Below, piece by piece: positions 58,001-64,000 of a stretch of 64,000 bases of DNA. Numbering within the stretch: the first letter of the stretch is position 1; every line of letters begins with the position of its first letter. The notes under the pieces are model-generated. The model did not search any database. It saw nothing but the letters and a program-made list of their open reading frames with translations, and was not told the DNA's origin. Position numbers and translations under genes: made by a program. Origin of the DNA: Malacoraja senta (Eukaryota); NCBI GenBank assembly GCA_038087875.1, contig CM075985.1:36270001-36334000 (forward strand), in the 5' to 3' direction.

Positions 58001-61000
58001 CACTTGCCAGCTCTCCCCCTATCCCTGCCCCTCACCTCCTTATGCTAGTTATCTCCCCTCCATTCTCTTTCCAGATGAGGGGTCTCAACCTGAAATGTCA
58101 ACTGTCCATTTCGCTCCACAGATGCTGCCTGACCTGCTGAGTTCCTCCAGCAGTTCACTTTTGCCATATTTCTTTCTCACTGAGATCTAAAATATTCTGC
58201 GTGCTCAAAAACAGGGCAACATTTGTGGAGTGTTGTATGTGGAGTAAACAGTCATGGCTACTCACAGCTTCCTAGTCTCAGGAAAGACCCCACTACTCCA
58301 TTAGAACAGTCAACTTAAGGTTTGCAATCAAGAATAGATAATTTTGTCTACTTTCCTTACATCGACAGGGGAAACCTGCATTGCTGGCTAATCCTTAAGT
58401 AGACCACCTCATAGACTGTATTGAACCAGTGTTAACCCCACGAGTATGCTTCTGCAAGAGTACAAGCTCGGCTCGTAGCTTTCTTTGCAAAAATAAAGTG
58501 CTCCAGCAGATAATGCTCTTCGTCAGTCTGTCAAGGTCCCTCGGAATACCATTATTCTATCCCTGTATCCCACAAGTCCCCCGCTGAGCACTCTCATTTC
58601 CTTCTCCCATTATGACACCGTAGATCCTTGCAGCATTAGTGCTGCCTGTAATGTGCTTGTTTTGTTTTTTAAATTCCAGCATATTTTCTATAAAAGTAAT
58701 TTATGACCAAGGAGGCAATGGGAAGTAGCTAGTGTGAATGCTTCAACATATCTCCAGAGACCTAGGTTCAAACCTTGACCTTGGACACTAATGGCATGGT
58801 ATTTGCCTGTTCTACCTGTGACTACATAGGTTTCCTCTAGGTGCTCTGTTTTTCTTACATATCCTAAAGATATTCAGATGGTAGGTTAACTGACCATTGT
58901 AAATTGCCCCTAGTGTGCCGGTGAATGGTAGTACTTGGGGGATTTGGTGGCAGTGGGAAAAATAAAAACATTAATTGGGATTTAATGTAGGATTAGCGTA
59001 AAATAGTGGTTGATGGTAGGAGTGGACCTTGTGGGCTGAAGGGCCTGTTTCCATGCTGTATTTCTGATTCTAAAATACATGCATTTGGAAATTGAAAGAT
59101 TTAAAAACAGTTATGAAAAGGTGACATTTCTTTAATGAATAGTAAGAATAACTGAATAAGTTAAGCCACAAACATATTTCAATGAAAGGATCAATGCCCT
59201 GCTGTCAAAAGCATGCAGCCATAGTTCTATCCACTAGATTTGTTCAGTTCCATATGTCCATATAATTACAAACATACAGATTTTAAGTGAGAATTTATAA
59301 ATAATCTTGTACTCTCGGGAAAAGGGAATTAATGACTCGCCTTTGTTTTAAACGGAGTGACGAGAAAAATCCACAGATTTGCATTAAAGTTCATATTTAA
59401 CTTAAAGAAGACAATAGCACCCTCCGCTGTCTGAAAAATGCTACTTGTACGAACTAGTGATATGTCTTCACAAAATTACCATCACATACCTACAAAGACC
59501 TTGCTAAACAGCTTTGATGGCTTCTTTTTTTGGACCATCTGGTAATTAGTTTTTGACTCGCTTACTTGTTCAATCTTATCTTCAAGCATCTGAGAGCCAA
59601 CCTCTAGAATTCTCGAAACCCCTTGTCATTCTCTCCAAGACACCCATGACACATTTCCTGGCCTAGTGCTCTTCTTCAACTGCAACATTTTGCTGGATCA
59701 CAGTGGGGATAAAAAACAGAGCCTGCATGCAAGTGCTGCATAAATGTCAGTTGTTGATTTTACCACTGCCATCAGGAATGTCCGATACTCTCCCAATCAG
59801 CTGGTGCTACCGACAAAGCAACTTCCTGTTTTGTCTATCTATCCTAAGCTAGAGTTTCACCTTGCATTAAGTGTGTGGGGACAAAAACGCTTACAATTAC
59901 AAGTGTAAAGCAGCACTCTTAACAATAGCACTTGACCCAGGGGGGGGAGGGGAGAAGAATTATTGTCCTCAGTGAATATATAGCTCCAATTGTAATAAAT
60001 GTATTCAAGAAAGAAAACAACAACAAAAATCCATCAGGATGCTGATCACAATATCTGATATGGGAAATATGCTGTGATTCATTTTTAGCCAAATCATATT
60101 ACAATTAAGTACAATCAAGTGTTTAATGAAATTGGAATAATGCTTGACGAATTTACAAGTGAGTTTTGAAGAAGTAACAAGCAACAGATAAAAAGCAAAC
60201 CAGTTCATGAATGCATCTGGATTCTGAAAATACATCAATGGAACTGGCGGCCTCTTGCTGGGACTTCTAGACCTCCAAAACCGTGGAGCCTGCGGACTTT
60301 AACATCCGGGAGCGGGCGATCCCTTTGCTAGGGGTCGGCCTTTGGTGCTCCAACTTGCGAGAGCTGTGGACTTTAACATCACGGAGCTCACGGTCCCTGG
60401 TCAGCGACTGACTTCGGCTTCGGCGTAGCGCTGGAGCGCTATCGCGGAGTGGGGCGGGCAATGCCTTGCCCGGGTCGCCGCGCTGGAACTTCGGTGAGCT
60501 GAAGACCGCCAATGAAACATCGCGGAGCTGCGGTCTGTGGAGCGGCCAGCTGCGGACGGCGGAGCTGAACTTAAACATCGGGAGCCTAGGATCTCTCGCC
60601 GAGATCGCCAGTGGTGGAGCTCCATCCAGAGCGGCCTGTTGGCTTCGGAAGCCGCGGTCTTCCGGTAAGGAAGCGGCCGTTCCAGGTATCCCAAGCCGCT
60701 GACAGGATTCTCCCGACGCCGGAGCACCATCACCCGGCGAAGAAGGGCCTGTAACATCGGCCCCCGTAGCGGCGAATGCGGAGGCCTCAATAGGCCTGAT
60801 TATGGGTGGACAAGGGGATGGGGACTGGACTTTGTGCCTTCCCTCACAGTGGGAACCATTGTGGGGGGATGTGTTTATGTTTAATGTTAAATTCTTTAAT
60901 GTTGTGTCTTATCTTTATCTGTGTGCTGCATGGCAAGTCAAATTTCACTACACCAATTGGTGTATGTGATAATAAATGTCCTTTGTACCTTTGTACCTTG

Positions 61001-62246
61001 TTTGACTTTGGGAACTCCAAGCCGCAGGCGTTTGACTGCCCTGATGTGGGAGCTTAGACTGCCCGATGTGGGAGCTCGATCGCCGGCTGCGGATGGTTCG
61101 ACTCCCCCGACCGCGGGAGGAAAGAAGATAAGACTTTATCGCCTTCCATCATAGTGGGGAATGTGGAGGAGCTGCTGTGGTGGATGTTTATGTCAAATTT
61201 TTATGTAGTTGTGTGTCTTGTTGGTTTTTTGGTATGACTATGGCAAACCAAATTCCTCGTATGTTGCAAAATATACTTGGCTAATAAATTACGATTATGA
61301 ATATTATGATTGTAAAGTACTACTATGTTACTGCTCAAGAGTTTGCATCATAGGAGGTATTGTGTCATTGTGGATAGAGGATTAACTAATGAACAAAAGT
61401 GAGATAAATGAGCAATTTTCAGGTTGGCGAGCTGTAAGTAGTGGGGTGCCCCAGTGCTTAATGTTGGGTCTCAAATATTTACCACTTGTTTGAGGATTTA
61501 AGGGAACTATGAGTAAATTAGCCATATTTGTTGATGAGGCAAAGATAGAAGGGGAAGCAAGCTGTGAGTAGGATACAAAGAGTCTGCAAAGGGATACCAA
61601 CTGAGTGAGACAAAGCTTGGCAGTATGATGTGATGTTTTTAACTCCAAGAGGGAAAACAAAGACAGAATATAATTTAAATGTAAAGAAACTACAGAATGC
61701 TACAGTTGAGAATGAATTATGTATCAATGTACAAAAAACAAAGCTAACAACAGGCATAGCAAGTAATTAGAAGGCAAATTAAACGTTAGCCTTTACTGCA
61801 AAGAGAATGAAGCTTTCAAGCATAAATAGAAGTTCTGCTATAATGGATAAGATCTTGCCAAGATCGCAAATCTCTGGAATTCCCAATAAGGCAATGGAGA
61901 CAGTGTCATCCAGATCCAGTTTGGAACAACAGATCTGGGAAGCAGGAAATAAAGCAAGCTTGAAGCCAAGGTTGGATCAGTTTTGAACTCACTGAGTGAT
62001 GGAGCAGGCTCATGATGTTTATTTTGCTCCTACATCTGAACGATACAAAACACACTATAGCAAAGGAATATAACTTGATACGGTGTACAACATTGTGCAT
62101 CTACTAGGATTACTATAACAAATAATGTACTCACTGCTTCCAGTAGATCCTTCCAACCTCCAAGCGCTACAAACTGCCTGCATTGCTCCTCAAACATGCA
62201 CCGACATATCATGCGTTCCAGGTACACTGTATGGCCTTCATTTAAC
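42887..62246 (-). CDS. LTA4H: Leukotriene A4 hydrolase (M1 zinc aminopeptidase/epoxide hydrolase), 3' half; 5' exons outside window
   Basis: join(62246-62135,53344-53200,53111-53008,51420-51350,49649-49595,47217-47122,45619-45537,44448-44344,43004-42887); open frame; motifs [29 protein letters not shown]; TGA at 42889-42887; exon sizes match human exons 11-19 as recalled. Confidence 0.97.
44344..44448 (-). CDS. LTA4H: LTA4H exon 18 equivalent (105 nt; AAG acceptor)
   Basis: [34 protein letters not shown]. Confidence 0.96.
45537..45619 (-). CDS. LTA4H: LTA4H exon 17 equivalent (83 nt)
   Basis: [27 protein letters not shown]. Confidence 0.95.
46631..46928 (+). mobile_element. tRNA-derived V-SINE (HE1-like)
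   Basis: Same consensus. Confidence 0.85.
47122..47217 (-). CDS. LTA4H: LTA4H exon 16 equivalent (96 nt)
   Basis: [32 protein letters not shown]. Confidence 0.93.
47662..48850 (+). mobile_element. Rex1/Babar-like LINE fragment
   Basis: [49 protein letters not shown]; AATAAA tail. Confidence 0.82.
49595..49649 (-). CDS. LTA4H: LTA4H exon 15 equivalent (55 nt)
   Basis: [18 protein letters not shown]. Confidence 0.94.
50142..50178 (+). ncRNA. Minimal hammerhead ribozyme-like motif in a Penelope-derived terminal repeat (best-preserved of more than 10 copies)
   Basis: CTGAAGA-A-GGGTTTCGGCCC-GAAAC-GTT: CUGANGA core, stem II, GAAA, palindromic ACGT stem III, NUH triplet. Confidence 0.6.
51350..51420 (-). 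CDS. LTA4H: LTA4H exon 14 equivalent (71 nt)
   Basis: [23 protein letters not shown]. Confidence 0.96.
53008..53111 (-). CDS. LTA4H: LTA4H exon 13 equivalent (104 nt)
   Basis: (E)[34 protein letters not shown]. Confidence 0.96.
53200..53344 (-). CDS. LTA4H: LTA4H exon 12 equivalent (145 nt)
   Basis: [48 protein letters not shown]. Confidence 0.97.
53781..55671 (+). mobile_element. Head-to-tail trimer of a ~625-bp non-autonomous Helitron-like element
   Basis: A|TCTATCTATCTATATAC ... AGACCC-AAC-GGGTCT hairpin-GCACTTGGTCTAG|T; units start at 53793, 54418, 55042; no TIR, no clear TSD. Confidence 0.8.
55787..55836. repeat. 50-bp spacerless palindrome (1 mismatch)
   Basis: GCAACTGAGTGCTTTTCTTAAAATT|AATTTTAAGTAAAGCACTCAGTTGC. 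Confidence 0.9.
56330..58160 (+). mobile_element. Penelope-like element fragments (RT C-terminus, GIY-YIG, terminal repeats)
   Basis: [55 protein letters not shown]. Confidence 0.82.
62135..62246 (-). CDS. LTA4H: LTA4H exon 11 equivalent (112 nt)
   Basis: [37 protein letters not shown]; third zinc ligand Glu. Confidence 0.96.
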
Positions 62247-63387
62247 CTAATGTCAGTAGAAACAAAATGATTCATTCCATCAAATGGGACCCAAGAACTC
62301 ACTATACTTATTGAAAGTTGTCAGACCAATACATTGGAATACTTTCTGATATTCTCCATGAATGGTTGGACAGGAAGAGTAGCTAACAGCAGCACATAGA
62401 GCATAAATTAGAAACAACACATTTAATTGGTGCAGCAATCGTATTAGATCATGCAGGTATACTCTGTAGTAATGTAATATAAAAATTGAAGTATAACATT
62501 GAACTTGACTTTAAATTGCTGGTTACAATGAAATTGGTACATGTTAGAACACAGAATAAGGCAAGTCTCTGAACTAAATCCAAGTAACATTTTCCACATG
62601 GTCTGTCTTTATGGAAACTACCAATGTAACAGATACAGCCAAGTTAGCTCTTGAAAACAAACAAATACAGTCACTGTTAATGTGAATACAGATATGCCAT
62701 ACTTGCATAAATCTGCTGCTGTGATATAACAACATTAACTGCATCTTTGAAATATCCAACACAATTTAATGAAAAATGAAGATAATTATTCCTCAAGGCC
62801 TTCCTTTCAGGACACCAATTATCTGTAATGCAGCATAATTTTTTTTCCTTAAACGATTCCAATTTGGGAGGCATTGACAACTAATGAGAAGCGACTAGAA
62901 CGTGGAGAGATAATAGTTTGGCTAAAAAACAACTCTGCTTGAAAAAGGAATGCCAAACAGGCAGAGACCCAACAGTGTTGCATCTTTTCCACAGGGAACA
63001 AACGAAATCAGAAGATAATTTGATCCTTAAATACAAGAACGCATTTAACAGTATTGAATGCTGCACCAGAATGGAACATCCTCACCTAATAAATTCTGCT
63101 GACTACTTTGAAAAAGAGACAAAGTAAATGGCCCGAAGGAGAGCCTACTCTGTGATTTTTCCGAGAGTTATAAAGCTTCAACATAATAAAGGTCACCATG
63201 TAAACCAAAATCATCAAGAATTGTAGGAGAGGAAATAATAAGACTCAACCGCAGAAGCTGTATCTAGTTGTCCGCTAGATCAAAGATTTAACTGCATGAG
63301 GGCAGAAGGGATGGCTGGAATATTAAGAATATTTTGTATCAGTCTTTACCACGACCAAAATCTTTCCTGAAGGCAAGTAATAAATAA

Positions 63388-63655
63388 ACAGGCCCACCAA
63401 GTCCGCTGACCAGCAATCACCCTGTACAAACACTATCCGACACACTAGGGACAATTTACAATTTTACAGAAACCAGCTAACCTACAAGCCTGTACATCTT
63501 TGGAGTGTGGGAGAAAACTAGAGCACCCGGAGAAAAGACACGTGGTCACAGGAAGAACGTACAAACTCCATAGAGACGGCACCCATAGACAGTATTGAAC
63601 ACGGGTCTCTGTCACTGTAAGTCAGCAGTTCTACCGTAAAGTGACAATGCCGCCC
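63388..63655 (-). mobile_element. tRNA-derived V-SINE (HE1-like)
   Basis: Same consensus. Confidence 0.8.
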
Positions 63656-64000
63656 TAAGCTAGAGTAGAAATTGTAGGTCCTGGATTATATATATGAATA
63701 TCATCATTAAATATTGGTGAGGTGCCCTGTAGACTGGAGGGTGGCTAATGTTGTACTTCTATTTAAGAAGGGTTTCAAAGACAAAAGTGGGAACAATGGA
63801 CCTGTAAGCTAGAAATATATTGGAGACAATTCTGAAGGATAAGATATGCCTACACTGATAGATTAGGGTTAGTCAGCATGGTTTTGTGCATTGGTTACAT
63901 TTTTTGTAGTAAACAAGAAGATTGATGAGGGTTGGGCCATAGACTCGATCTATATGGCCTTTAGAAGGACTTTGATAATTTCCATATAATAAACTACACC

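Noticed and set aside
59320-59460. Cluster of Oct/Sox/nuclear-receptor-like motifs in an LTA4H intron
   Set aside because: Short motifs are expected by chance in AT-rich DNA, and no conservation data are available.
60255-61310. CpG-rich segment with several ORFs, resembling a CpG-island promoter or gene
   Set aside because: It has internal repeats and AATAAA plus short-repeat tails typical of retroelement 3' regions, and no recognisable protein.
5784-63655. tRNA-like A/B box sequences
   Set aside because: They are heads of HE1-like SINEs; I found no complete cloverleaf tRNA gene.

Overview
Vertebrate genomic DNA, not prokaryotic. Abundant HE1/V-SINE-type tRNA-derived SINEs, CR1 (HER1-like) LINEs and Penelope fragments point to a cartilaginous fish, probably a skate or ray (inference). 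Two spliced genes lie on the minus strand in the conserved LTA4H->HAL order. (1) The 3' half of leukotriene A4 hydrolase (LTA4H): 9 coding exons equivalent to human exons 11-19, 62246->42887. (2) A histidine ammonia-lyase (HAL)-family gene: 18 coding exons, 38408->2048, with the last two exons outside the window; I assembled the exons by hand and found no stop or frameshift. The main observation is that this HAL keeps the MIO-forming Ala-Ser-Gly and all other catalytic residues but has Thr in place of the substrate-selecting His of the HAL 'SH' motif ([13 protein letters not shown] vs human ELQVNLVRSHSSG), which suggests an aromatic ammonia-lyase of altered specificity. HAL also has two U12-type introns, a 22-nt microexon and a uORF. 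LTA4H has Phe at the human Tyr378 position. The introns are dense with mobile DNA: a DD34E Tc1 element, six PIF/Harbinger-like MITEs, a TIR element with a 7-bp TSD, Helitron-like elements (a head-to-tail trimer and a tail-to-tail inverted pair), a young L2, and many Penelope-derived short elements carrying minimal hammerhead-ribozyme motifs. Exon coordinates were checked base by base; most repeat boundaries are approximate. Comparisons with human and bacterial proteins are from recall, not from a database search.
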